Shown here: positions 46,716 to 55,957 of the stretch, one piece after another
How the letters are laid out: each line of letters opens with the position of its first letter
Position numbering within the stretch: position 1 is the stretch's first letter
Assembly (NCBI GenBank): GCA_016712745.1
Contig: JADJQN010000001.1
Location: 746,964 to 810,963 of the forward strand
Source of the DNA: Sandaracinaceae bacterium
GTDB lineage: Bacteria; Myxococcota_A; Polyangia; Polyangiales; JADJQN01
Length of the DNA stretch: 64,000 bases
Reading direction: 5' to 3'
Program-made: the position numbers and the translations under genes
The notes under the pieces: model-generated
Seen by the model: only the letters and a program-made list of their open reading frames with translations
Database searches by the model: none
What the model was told of the DNA's origin: nothing

Positions 46716-48785
46716 ATGACCGACCTCCACAAGCTCCTACGACCCCTCCATGCCGTGAAGCGACGCGTGCGCGTCCAGCGTGCGCTCGACATCGCAACGA
46801 CGTTGGGCCTGGCCGGTCTGGGCTCACTCGCGGTGGTCATCGCTGTCATGAAAGTCGGCGCGATGGATGCGGCCCATGCCCGCGTCTGGATGGCTGTGGC
46901 CGTCTCTCTGCCGGTCGTCGGCGCACTGGTTGGCGCGCTTTTGCCCGTGAAGGAATTGCACGCAGCGCAGCTTCTTGACCGTTCGCATCGCCTTGCGGAT
47001 CGGATTGCGAGCGCATTGCAGTTTGGTCAGGTTCCCGCCGCCGAACAAACACCCTTCATGGTCGCGTCGATCGCCGATGCGATAGCGCATGCCGACGAGC
47101 TTAGCCCGAGGCGCGCCCTGCCCTTGCGCGTGCCGCGCGATTTGGTCGGGTGCGTAGGATTGGTCGCTGCTGTTGTTGCAGTCTCGCTCGTGGAAGTGCG
47201 ACACCGCGTGCGCGTGCCTGTGGTCACGCGAATCACTCCGCTCGTCATGCATCCAGACGATATCGACGCATTCCAAAACGGACTCGATGCGCTGATGGCG
47301 CAGCAGGGGCTTGACGAGGGCGTTCGTGATACGGCGCGCCAATTCAACCAACTAATGGAAGACCTGGCAGCGCAGCGATTGGATCGCACCGAAGCCTTGC
47401 GAAGGTTGCAGCAGGTATCTGAGAACATCGACGGCGCTCGGCGCGCCGATGCCGACCAAATGCGCGAATCGCTGCAACAACTCTCGCAGGATCTGCAGCG
47501 CGCGCAATCCACGGAGGCGGCGGCGCAAGCGCTTCACGACGGCGACGCCGCTCGCGCTTCGCAGGAAATGCAGCGTCTTGCCGAGATGCTGCGCGAAAAT
47601 CCACCCAGTCGCGCCGAGCTCGAGCGTCTGCGTGAAGCGATGCGTCGCGCTGCTGAGCGCCAAAGCCCTGACTCACGCGCGGAGTTGCAACGGCAGCGGG
47701 AAGAAATGAACCGCCTTCTGCAGCGGCAGCGCGAGCAGAAGACTGGCGAGACTGAAGCCGAACGTCGCCTACTTCAGCGGCGGCGCCGTGAACTTGAGCG
47801 TCTGGAACGGCAAGTCGCGCAAGAGACCGAGCAGCGTCGTCAGCTCGAACGTCTGCAGCGCGATATGCAGCAGGCGGCCGAGCATTTGAATCAGGGGGCC
47901 AATCCCGAAGAAGCAGCGGACGATATCGAGCGTTCCGCTGAAGAGCTCAACCGTGTCGCGCAAGAGCAGATGTCTGAAGAGGAACGGCAACGCTTGCAGG
48001 AGCGAGTGGCGGAGTTGCGCGAGATGATTCGCCGGCAGCGCGAGCAACAGGCGCAAAACGGACAGCAAGGCCAGCAAGGCCAGCAAGGCCAGCAAGGCCA
48101 GCAAGGCCAGCAGGGTCAACAGGGTCAAGGGCAGTCGCGCATGGACCGGTTCGTTCTTCGTGCAAATGGACAGGGGCAGCAGGCGCGCATTGTGGGCCCT
48201 GGCCAACAAGGTCAGGGACAGCAGGGCCAAGGCCAGCAAGGTCAGGGGCAGCAGGGTCAAGGGCAGCAGGGCCAAGGTCAGGGACAGCAGGGTCAAGGTC
48301 AGCAGGGTCAGGGACAGGGCGGGCAGCAAGGGCAAGCCGGGCAAGGAGCTGGGCAACCGGGCCAAGGACAGGGACAAGGACCGCTCACGCTGCAAATGGG
48401 CGGTCAAGGCGGAAACGCGACGCTGGAGATCCCGGGCGCGGGCCAGGGACGCGGCCAGCAAGGCCAGGGACAAGGACAGGGTTCCATGCCCGGCCCGGGC
48501 GCTGGCACCGGCCACAACGATGCGACTCTCGACGACCCGACCCACTTGCAAAGCAACCGACAGAACTCACGCGTTGAAGGCGACCAGAACGGTCAAGGCC
48601 CGACTCGCAGCGAAGTCATTCTTGGCGCGGCCGAGCGCGGCTTTGCCAATCGCGCGTACGAACGCGTCTACGTTGATTACGAGCACCACGCCGAAGAGGT
48701 GCTTGAGCAGGACGAAATTCCCGGCGGCTATCGTTTTTACGTGCGCCGCTATTTTCAACTCATCCGCCCACGCGAGGAACAGTAA
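46716..48785 (+). CDS. two-TM membrane protein with long coiled coil and Gln/Gly-rich low-complexity region (DUF4175/TIGR02302-like)
   Basis: Two N-terminal TM helices, an about 250-aa charged coiled coil (ELERLREAMRRAAER...), (QGQ)n tracts, and a conserved-looking C-terminus IPGGYRFYVRRYFQLIRP. ATG 46716 is preferred because a hairpin (46654-46673) overlaps the TTG at 46665. Confidence 0.6.
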   Translation: MTDLHKLLRPLHAVKRRVRVQRALDIATTLGLAGLGSLAVVIAVMKVGAMDAAHARVWMAVAVSLPVVGALVGALLPVKELHAAQLLDRSHRLADRIASALQFGQVPAAEQTPFMVASIADAIAHADELSPRRALPLRVPRDLVGCVGLVAAVVAVSLVEVRHRVRVPVVTRITPLVMHPDDIDAFQNGLDALMAQQGLDEGVRDTARQFNQLMEDLAAQRLDRTEALRRLQQVSENIDGARRADADQMRESLQQLSQDLQRAQSTEAAAQALHDGDAARASQEMQRLAEMLRENPPSRAELERLREAMRRAAERQSPDSRAELQRQREEMNRLLQRQREQKTGETEAERRLLQRRRRELERLERQVAQETEQRRQLERLQRDMQQAAEHLNQGANPEEAADDIERSAEELNRVAQEQMSEEERQRLQERVAELREMIRRQREQQAQNGQQGQQGQQGQQGQQGQQGQQGQGQSRMDRFVLRANGQGQQARIVGPGQQGQGQQGQGQQGQGQQGQGQQGQGQGQQGQGQQGQGQGGQQGQAGQGAGQPGQGQGQGPLTLQMGGQGGNATLEIPGAGQGRGQQGQGQGQGSMPGPGAGTGHNDATLDDPTHLQSNRQNSRVEGDQNGQGPTRSEVILGAAERGFANRAYERVYVDYEHHAEEVLEQDEIPGGYRFYVRRYFQLIRPREEQ
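48060..48485 (+). repeat. coding microsatellite-like Gln/Gly tracts
   Basis: Five perfect CAGCAAGGC units lie at 48063-48107, followed by degenerate CAG/CAA-GGN repeats in three blocks up to about 48485. They encode QQGQQGQ... and QGQGQQGQG... Confidence 0.9.
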
Positions 48786-48789
48786 AGCC

Positions 48790-49791
48790 ATGAGCGATCC
48801 GAACTCAGTCGCAGCGTCCGTTGAAGCCTTTCGCAAAGATGTCGCCACGCTTCGTGCAGAAGTCGGAAAGATGATCGTTGGCCAGGGCGATATCGTCGAC
48901 GGAGTCATCACCTGCCTCATCGCGGGCGGGCATGCGCTACTCGAAGGCGTGCCGGGTCTTGGCAAGACGATGCTCGTCCGGTCCATGGCCGACGCGCTCT
49001 CGCTCAACTTTTCGCGCGTTCAGTTCACGCCTGACTTGATGCCCGCCGACATTCTCGGCACCACGGTCATCAACGAGGACCACACCGGCCACAAAGAGTT
49101 CGAGTTTCGCCCGGGCCCCATTTTCGCAAACATCGTCCTCGCGGACGAAGTGAACCGCGCAACACCTAAGACGCAGAGCGCGCTTCTCGAAGTCATGCAG
49201 GAGCACTCGATCACGGTCGCGAAGAAAACTCATAAGCTCGAGGAGCCGTTCTTCGTGCTAGCGACCCAAAACCCGCTCGAGATGGAAGGCACCTACCCCC
49301 TGCCCGAAGCACAGCTCGACCGTTTTCTCTTCAAGTTGCACGTGGAGTTCCCGTCACGCGATGAGCTTCACAGCATCCTCGATCGCACGACAGGGACCGA
49401 ACATCCCACTGTACGGCCGGTACTCGATCAACCGCGCATCCTCGCGATGAAGCGCTTGGCGCGCGATGTTGCTGTGGCACGCCACGTCCAGGATTACGTG
49501 ATTCGCGTACTTGAAGCCACGCATGCCGACCGCGCCGGTGCGCCGGACATCGTCAAGCAGTTCGTTCGCTTTGGCGCGAGCCCGCGTGGAGCGCAAGCGA
49601 TTCTGATCGCTGCGAAGATTCAGGCGCTCTTTGACGGACGTTTCAGCGCGTCGGTGGACGACGTACGCAAGGTCGCGAAGCAGGCTTTGCGCCATCGCAT
49701 GATTCTCAACTTCGAAGGAGAAGCCGAGGGAATCAAGACCGACCAAGTTCTCGACACCGTACTTTCATCCGTCACGGAAGCCGCGAAGTAA
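48790..49791 (+). CDS. MoxR-family AAA+ ATPase
   Basis: Walker A region LLEGVPGLGKTMLV, FSRVQFTPDLMPADILGT, Walker B ANIVLADEVNRATPKTQSALLE, ATQNPLEMEGTYPLPEAQLDRF. The ATG lies 4 nt after the upstream stop. The long N-terminal extension in the ORF track is read-through of the repeat region. Confidence 0.9.
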   Translation: MSDPNSVAASVEAFRKDVATLRAEVGKMIVGQGDIVDGVITCLIAGGHALLEGVPGLGKTMLVRSMADALSLNFSRVQFTPDLMPADILGTTVINEDHTGHKEFEFRPGPIFANIVLADEVNRATPKTQSALLEVMQEHSITVAKKTHKLEEPFFVLATQNPLEMEGTYPLPEAQLDRFLFKLHVEFPSRDELHSILDRTTGTEHPTVRPVLDQPRILAMKRLARDVAVARHVQDYVIRVLEATHADRAGAPDIVKQFVRFGASPRGAQAILIAAKIQALFDGRFSASVDDVRKVAKQALRHRMILNFEGEAEGIKTDQVLDTVLSSVTEAAK

Positions 49792-49796
49792 GAACC

Positions 49797-50735
49797 GTGT
49801 TCGACTGGCTCAGGCGCGGTGCATCGACGACGGCGAAAAGCGTCGCTTCGAAAGAAGACGATGACCTTTTCGGCGACGACTTTCAGGCGCGCCTCGAGTA
49901 CCTCGCGATTGTCGCGCGTCGTATTTATTCCGGCCGCATGCGCGCGGAACGCCGGTCGAAGAAGACCGGAAGCGGCATCGAGTTTGCCGACCATCGCGAG
50001 TACTCCCCGGGCGATGACTTTCGTTATCTCGACTGGAGCGTATACGGCCGAACCGGCCGGCTGCTCCTGCGCCTCTTCGAAGAAGAGGAAGACCTTTCGG
50101 TGTACGTGCTCATCGATTGCTCGCGAAGCATGCAGTTCGGCAAGCCGAAAAAGTTCGACTACGCACGCCGCATCGCCGCTGGCCTCGCCTACGTTGCACT
50201 CGCGAACCTTGATCGCGTTTCGATGGCGAGCTTCGCGGATGCCGTGACCGGGCGCCTTGCACCGACGCGCGGCAAAAACCGGATCTTCAAAGTCTTCGAG
50301 TTCTTGCGAAATATAGAGCCCGAGGGGCGAACCGGCATCGCCGACGCGATGAAGACGTTCGTTGCGCAGAATAAACGTCGCGGCGTCGCAATATTGATTA
50401 GCGACTTCTACGATCCCGCGGGTTTCGAAGCCGGCATCAATACGCTGCGCTACCACAAGTTCGAGACCTACGTGATTCAAGTCTTCGATCCCGTCGAAGT
50501 GCGCCCGGCGCTGCATGGCGATGTGCAGCTTGTCGATAACGAAACTGGCGAAGCGCGCGAAATCACAGTGACGCCGCGCATTCTCGAGCGCTACGCCGCG
50601 GCGCACGCGAGCTATCGCAAGCAAATCGAAGATTTCTGCGCAAAGAAGCAAGTTACTTATTTCTCCATCGAGACGAGCACGCCGTTTGACGATGCGATTC
50701 TGCGAATACTTCGTCGCGGCGGGATGCTGGGTTAG
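49797..50735 (+). CDS. DUF58 domain protein
   Basis: FADHREYSPGDDFRYLDWSVYGRTGRLLLRLFEEEEDLSVYVLIDCSRSM is the DUF58 signature. The GTG start is 5 nt after the MoxR stop. Confidence 0.85.
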   Translation: MFDWLRRGASTTAKSVASKEDDDLFGDDFQARLEYLAIVARRIYSGRMRAERRSKKTGSGIEFADHREYSPGDDFRYLDWSVYGRTGRLLLRLFEEEEDLSVYVLIDCSRSMQFGKPKKFDYARRIAAGLAYVALANLDRVSMASFADAVTGRLAPTRGKNRIFKVFEFLRNIEPEGRTGIADAMKTFVAQNKRRGVAILISDFYDPAGFEAGINTLRYHKFETYVIQVFDPVEVRPALHGDVQLVDNETGEAREITVTPRILERYAAAHASYRKQIEDFCAKKQVTYFSIETSTPFDDAILRILRRGGMLG

Positions 50736-50741
50736 CGCGCG

Positions 50742-52622
50742 ATGGAATTCACGGCACTTTCGTTGACGCAGGTTCTCACCGTGCTCGGCGCATTTGGCGC
50801 AGGCGTGGTGGTTTTCTACCTGCTCAAACTGCGCCGCCGTCAGGTGCCTGTGCCCTTCGTCCGCCTGTGGGAGCAGATACTCGCCGAGAAGCAAAGCACG
50901 CGCCTCTTCTCGCAGATCAAGCGCCTCCTTTCACTGCTCATCGCCCTACTCTTCGTGGCCTTGGTGGCGTTTGCACTGGGCGACCCGCGCACAAAAGGCG
51001 CGCACGATGCGGGCCGAAGTCTCGTCGTGCTCGTGGATGCCAGTACGTCGATGCAGGCGACGGACATGCGTCCCACCCGACTCGAGCGAGCGTTCGAGGA
51101 AACGCGACGCATCATCGACGGATTAGGTCCCTCCGATCGCATGCTCATCGCACAAATGGATGCGACCACCACGCCGGTGAGTCCGATGACTGATGACACG
51201 CGCGTGCTGCGCGAGTCGCTGACGCATGTCGCGCCGACCGATCTGACGACAAATTTCGCCCGCGCGCTCCGTTTTGCGCTCGACGTTCTTCGCGACAAAG
51301 AGCGTGCTGAGATTATCGTCGTCTCCGACGGGCATTTACCCGAGGCGCGTGACGAGGAAGGCCTCGTGAGCGCGCGCGGCGCGAAGCTGAGCTACGTGGC
51401 GATTGGCAGGCATCACCGAAACGTTTCAATCAGTGCATTCAGTGTGCGCCGCTACCCGCTCGACAAGAGCCGCAGCGAAGTGCTCGTCGAACTTCTCAAC
51501 TCGTCAACTGATCCCGAGGCTATAGAGCTGACGTTGCTCGGTGACGGGCAGCCTATCGACGTACAGCGATTGCAGCTCGCAGCAGGTGAGCGAACGAGCC
51601 GTTTCTTTGAAAACATTTCGGGCGCCGATCGCACGCTCGAAGCGCGCATCACGTTGGCGGACGGCAAGCACGATGATTTGCCGGCGGACGATCGCGCGTT
51701 CGCGCGCTTGCCCGAGCGACGTCGCGCGCGTGTCATGTCCGTTTCCGAGGGCAACCGCTACATCGAGGCGGCCCTCTTGCTCGACGAGTATCTCGACGTG
51801 ACCGAAGTGAGCCCCGCCGAATACCCCGCGCCGGGTCACTTCGACGTCGTCATTTTTGATGGTTTCGTGCCGCCGAGTCCGCCAACCACGAGCGCGGTCT
51901 ACCTGAATCCGCTTCCCCCGACTGGGGTGCAGGGCCCGCTCGAAGTGCTCGGCGTTATTGAACGACCCTTCTTCGAGCAAATCGATCGACGCCACCCGCT
52001 CGTGCGATGGACAGCTCTGCGCGATGTGAATATCGCGAGCGCTTTGCAAGTGCGCCTTGCGCCAGGCGACCGTCCGGTCGCAGGAGACTCGCGCGGCCCT
52101 CTGCTCGTCGCCGGCACGCGAAGTGGCAAGAAGTTTGTCGCGCTTACTTTTGACGTGCGGCGTAGCGACCTTCCCCTACGTCCCGCGTGGCCGCTCTTGC
52201 TCTTAAACTCAATTGACTGGTTCGTCTCGGAAGACGCCGCCTATCTATCCAGCTACATGGTTGGAGAAACGTGGCACGTCGGAGTTCCGGCGGGGCACGC
52301 CACGGCAACTCTGCAGGCGCCCGACGGGACGTCGCGCGAAGTCCCGGTTGTGGATGGACGCGCCGTGTGCGGGGGCACGCGCGCAGGCTTCTATCACGTG
52401 CGTACCGGCACTGAGGACGAGCTCATCGCAGTCAATCTCGACGCGAACGCGGAGAGCGACATCACGCCCGTCCCGCGCCTCACCGTCCAAGGCCAAGCCG
52501 CGGGCCATTTCACACCCGGCACCATTGGCGTGCGTCGTGAGATTTGGATCTACCTGGTCATCGCCGCACTTTTGCTGATGGCCATCGAGTGGTTTTCGTA
52601 CCATCGGCGGTGGACCGTATGA
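50742..52622 (+). CDS. BatA-like protein (aerotolerance-regulator N-terminal double-TM domain plus VWA domain)
   Basis: The N-terminus LTVLGAFGAGVVVFYLLKLRRRQVPVPFVRLWEQ is BatA_N-type. A VWA domain has a MIDAS-like VDASTSM, and there is a C-terminal TM anchor. Confidence 0.8.
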   Translation: MEFTALSLTQVLTVLGAFGAGVVVFYLLKLRRRQVPVPFVRLWEQILAEKQSTRLFSQIKRLLSLLIALLFVALVAFALGDPRTKGAHDAGRSLVVLVDASTSMQATDMRPTRLERAFEETRRIIDGLGPSDRMLIAQMDATTTPVSPMTDDTRVLRESLTHVAPTDLTTNFARALRFALDVLRDKERAEIIVVSDGHLPEARDEEGLVSARGAKLSYVAIGRHHRNVSISAFSVRRYPLDKSRSEVLVELLNSSTDPEAIELTLLGDGQPIDVQRLQLAAGERTSRFFENISGADRTLEARITLADGKHDDLPADDRAFARLPERRRARVMSVSEGNRYIEAALLLDEYLDVTEVSPAEYPAPGHFDVVIFDGFVPPSPPTTSAVYLNPLPPTGVQGPLEVLGVIERPFFEQIDRRHPLVRWTALRDVNIASALQVRLAPGDRPVAGDSRGPLLVAGTRSGKKFVALTFDVRRSDLPLRPAWPLLLLNSIDWFVSEDAAYLSSYMVGETWHVGVPAGHATATLQAPDGTSREVPVVDGRAVCGGTRAGFYHVRTGTEDELIAVNLDANAESDITPVPRLTVQGQAAGHFTPGTIGVRREIWIYLVIAALLLMAIEWFSYHRRWTV

Positions 52623-55408
52623 CTCGCCGGGTCTTTGTGCTCTCCGGAAGTTTGGTGCTCGCTGCAACAGCGGCCTGCGTCTACGGCGTGCATTCGCTCA
52701 TCCGCGTAATCCCCCGCGACATGCTTTGGCACGGGGAGCACTACTCGATTCTGTCGCCGCAGATGCTCTACATTGTGGCGGTCGCGCCGTTGCTTTTCTG
52801 GGTGGCTAGCCGCTCGCTCGCGGATTTGCCGCGCATTCAGCGTTTTATCGCCACGTTCATTCGCGTACTGATATTCGCGTTTCTGGCGCTTGCATTGTCG
52901 CGGCCGGCACGCACCACCGATTCGCAGCGCGTCAGCACAGTCTATCTGGTTGACGTTTCGGACTCGGTCACGAATGAGTCACTGGACGACGCGCGCCAGA
53001 GCGTACAGCAAGCATGGACGGCTCGGGGCGAAAACGATGTGCAGCTCGTTACCTTCGCGCGCCATCCGCGGGTCGTGCCCTTAGACGCCGACACGAACGA
53101 AGTCCCTGCAATCACGCGGCCGAGCGCAGGAACGGGCGCCGGAAGCAGTGCAGGCGACCAAAGCAGCGCAATGACGGCGACGCAGGGATCGGGAACGAAC
53201 TTGCAAGCGGCCCTTCAGCTTGCCTATGGGTTGTATCCAGCCGGCTATTTGCGACGCGCCGTGATCATTTCTGACGGTGGTCAGACCGACGGTGATCTAC
53301 TCGCGGAGGCGTCGCGCGCGCGCGCATTCGGCACGCGCCTCTTTTATACGCCCTACCGCCGCGGCGCTCCGCGCGAGGTCGCGTTGCGAGCTCTCACAGT
53401 GCCCGATCGCATCGAAGTGGGCGAACCGTTCTTCGTACGCGCCCGCGTCTTTTCGAGCACGGACACCCGCGCGCGCGTACGCCTCTATCAAGGCGAGACG
53501 CTGAACGGCCTCGATAGCATTCGCGAAGTCGACTTGCATCGCGGCGATACTGACCTTGAGTTTCGGTCGGTGGTCCGCGTTGCTGGGCCCATCACCTATA
53601 CGCTCGACATCGAACCCACCGGCGCCGACCGATTCCGCGCCAACAACCGCTTCGCGGTCAGCACCATTGTCCCCGGTCGCCCGACCGTACTCTACGTGGA
53701 GAGCGACCCCAGTCGCGCACTTTACCTGGCGCGTGCGCTCACGGCGGGCGACTACGAGGTGGAAGTGCGCAGCCCACGCGAGATCCCGCAAAGCTTGCGC
53801 GAGCTCGAGCGTTTCGATTTCTTCATCCTGTCGGATGTCGCGGCCGATCAGGTTTCGCTTACGCAAATGGACATGATCGAACGCTACGTCCGCGACCTGG
53901 GCGGCGGCTTTATCATGGCGGGCGGCGAGGCCGGCTTCGGCCTTGGTGGTTGGCAGCACACGCGCATCGAGCAGCTTCTGCCCGTACGCATGGACGCTGA
54001 GAGACGCCGCGATCAGCCGTCGCTCGCGCTCGCGCTCGTGATCGACAAGAGCGGATCGATGTCGGGTACGAAGATGGAGCTCGCCAAGGACGCCGCGAAA
54101 GCCACGGCCGAGTTGTTGGGCGCGGAAGACTATATCGAGGTTGTCGGCTTCGACTCATCGCCCACCCGCGTCGTGCGCATGCAGAGCGCCGCCAATCGCA
54201 TACGCATCCTGACCGACATCGGTCGGCTCACGGCGAATGGTGGCACCGCGATTCTTCCTGCGCTCGATATGGCGTTTCAGGATTTGTCCGTCACGCGCGC
54301 GCGTGTGAAGCACGTTATTTTACTTACGGATGGGCAGACCCAGGAGACCGGCTTCGAGACGTTGGTCCAAGCGATGCGCGCAGAAGGCATCACGCTGTCC
54401 ACGGTGGGCCTCGGCGGCGACGTGAACCGTGCACTTCTAACCGCCGCAGCAAACCTGGGCGGGGGGCGCGCCTACTTCACAACCGACCCGCACAACGTGC
54501 CGCGCATCTTCATGCGTGAGACATCGACCGTCCAACGGTCGAGTGCCGTGGAGGAGTACTTTCAGCCGCAAATCGTGACGCAAGCGGACTTTCTGCGCGG
54601 ACTCGACGTGGGCCGTGCTCCGTTCTTGCACGGTTACGTCGCGACCCAGGCCAAGCCCGATCCCGTGCAGGTGATTCTGCAAAGCGAGCTTGGCGAACCG
54701 ATCCTTGCACGCTGGCGCGTGGGCTTGGGATGGGCCCTTGCGTGGACGAGCGACGTGAAGAATCGCTGGGCCGTCGAGTGGCTGAGATGGCCGGGCTTCC
54801 AGCCGTTCTGGTCGCAACTGGTGCGCGAGCATATGCGTCAGCGCAGACGCCAAACATTGGATATGCGTGCGGAGATTCTCGACGGCGAAGTACGTGTCGC
54901 CGTAGACGCCATAGGACAGGATGATCAATTCCTCAACGGACTCGATAGCGAGCTCACCATCGATGGTCCGATGGGCGCCCGCGCGGGCCGCGGCGCGGGG
55001 GATGCGGCTATCCACGCAACTCATCCCCTTCGGCAGGTGGCCCCAGGAAGATACGAAGCGCGCTTTCCGCTCGACCGTTACGGATCGTTTGTAATGACCG
55101 CAACACACAGGCGCGACGGCCGGCCCGTCGCCGAGAGCATTGCGCAAATCTCCAACCCCTACCCGCGTGAGTATGGAACCCTCGAGCCCGACGAAACGTT
55201 GATGCGCCGCGCGGCGAGCGTAACCGGCGGTTTCGGCAACCCCACGCCTCAGCAAGTGTTCGACCCGAACGGAGAAAAAATCCGGCGCCATGAAGACCTC
55301 TGGTCGAAGTTTCTCTACGCCGCGCTCGTCGCGTTCCTGATCGACCTCCTGCTTCGCCGCATCCGGCTTTTCGACCGCAAGTTCAAAGCTGCGCCCTCGC
55401 GCCGCTAA
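52619..55408 (+). CDS. membrane protein with two VWA domains and a glutamine-amidotransferase-like (DUF1355-type) domain
   Basis: The ATG overlaps the upstream stop (ATGA). N-terminal TM helices are followed by VWA 1 (YLVDVSDSV), a GATase1-like middle region (FDFFILSDV...GGGFIMAGGEAGFG), and VWA 2 (LVIDKSGSMSG...ILLTDGQT). There is a C-terminal TM anchor. Confidence 0.75.
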   Translation: MTRRVFVLSGSLVLAATAACVYGVHSLIRVIPRDMLWHGEHYSILSPQMLYIVAVAPLLFWVASRSLADLPRIQRFIATFIRVLIFAFLALALSRPARTTDSQRVSTVYLVDVSDSVTNESLDDARQSVQQAWTARGENDVQLVTFARHPRVVPLDADTNEVPAITRPSAGTGAGSSAGDQSSAMTATQGSGTNLQAALQLAYGLYPAGYLRRAVIISDGGQTDGDLLAEASRARAFGTRLFYTPYRRGAPREVALRALTVPDRIEVGEPFFVRARVFSSTDTRARVRLYQGETLNGLDSIREVDLHRGDTDLEFRSVVRVAGPITYTLDIEPTGADRFRANNRFAVSTIVPGRPTVLYVESDPSRALYLARALTAGDYEVEVRSPREIPQSLRELERFDFFILSDVAADQVSLTQMDMIERYVRDLGGGFIMAGGEAGFGLGGWQHTRIEQLLPVRMDAERRRDQPSLALALVIDKSGSMSGTKMELAKDAAKATAELLGAEDYIEVVGFDSSPTRVVRMQSAANRIRILTDIGRLTANGGTAILPALDMAFQDLSVTRARVKHVILLTDGQTQETGFETLVQAMRAEGITLSTVGLGGDVNRALLTAAANLGGGRAYFTTDPHNVPRIFMRETSTVQRSSAVEEYFQPQIVTQADFLRGLDVGRAPFLHGYVATQAKPDPVQVILQSELGEPILARWRVGLGWALAWTSDVKNRWAVEWLRWPGFQPFWSQLVREHMRQRRRQTLDMRAEILDGEVRVAVDAIGQDDQFLNGLDSELTIDGPMGARAGRGAGDAAIHATHPLRQVAPGRYEARFPLDRYGSFVMTATHRRDGRPVAESIAQISNPYPREYGTLEPDETLMRRAASVTGGFGNPTPQQVFDPNGEKIRRHEDLWSKFLYAALVAFLIDLLLRRIRLFDRKFKAAPSRR

Positions 55409-55486
55409 AGTCGGTCGCTTAGCAACGCCGCCACACCTACGTCGCCCGAAATCGATTGTCTTATCAATCGTTTTCGAAGGAATCGC

Positions 55487-55514
55487 TTGACGTGGCGGGC
55501 TCCGTCGTTATGCT
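55487..55514 (+). promoter_or_regulatory. sigma70-like promoter candidate for dksA
   Basis: TTGACG (55487-55492), 16-nt spacer, TATGCT (55509-55514), about 35 nt upstream of the dksA ATG. A G-rich SD (GGGGGGG) lies 8 nt upstream of the ATG. Confidence 0.4.
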
Positions 55515-55547
55515 CTTCTGCTCTCGTTTTTTGGGGGGGTCAGACCA

Positions 55548-55910
55548 ATGAAGAAAACCGAACTCAAGCGGTTCAAGAAAATCCTCGAGGAAAAGCGCGA
55601 GGCGCTCGTCAAGAACGCCCAGCAGACGATGACCGAGGATATGACCCTCGACACCAACGACCTGCCGGACGAAATGGACCTCGCGTCCAGCGAGTACATC
55701 CAGTCCTTCACGTTCCGCCTGCGCGGACGCGAGAAGTCGTTCCTCGACAAGATTGACCGCGCCCTTCGCAAGATCGAAGACGGCTCGTTCGGTACCTGCG
55801 AAAGCTGCGAAGAAGAGATCTCAGTGAAGCGCCTCGAAGCGCGCCCAGAGACCAGCCTCTGCATCCGCTGCAAAGAAGACCAAGAGCGTCAGGAACGCGA
55901 CTTCGGCTGA
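55548..55910 (+). CDS. dksA: DksA/TraR-family C4 zinc-finger transcription factor
   Basis: 120 aa with a coiled-coil N-terminal half and a CxxC-N17-CxxC finger (CESCEEEISVKRLEARPETSLCIRC). Confidence 0.9.
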   Translation: MKKTELKRFKKILEEKREALVKNAQQTMTEDMTLDTNDLPDEMDLASSEYIQSFTFRLRGREKSFLDKIDRALRKIEDGSFGTCESCEEEISVKRLEARPETSLCIRCKEDQERQERDFG

Positions 55911-55957
55911 TCACGCATCGCGGGCCGTGCCATTGGTTCATTTTCGCCCAACCCGGC

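Noticed and set aside
48160-48789. 210-codon N-terminal extension of the MoxR ORF
   Set aside because: It is read-through of the stop-free Gln/Gly repeat DNA in an alternative frame (Lys/Arg/Ser/Ala-rich). The MoxR family N-terminus starts at ATG 48790, directly after the upstream stop.
40901-55497. Shared 11-mer ATCGCTTGACG at two promoter candidates (40903-40913 and 55482-55492) as a specific regulatory motif
   Set aside because: Hundreds of identical 11-mer pairs are expected by chance in 64 kb. The match mainly reflects the -35 consensus TTGACG, so it is kept only as weak support for the promoter calls.
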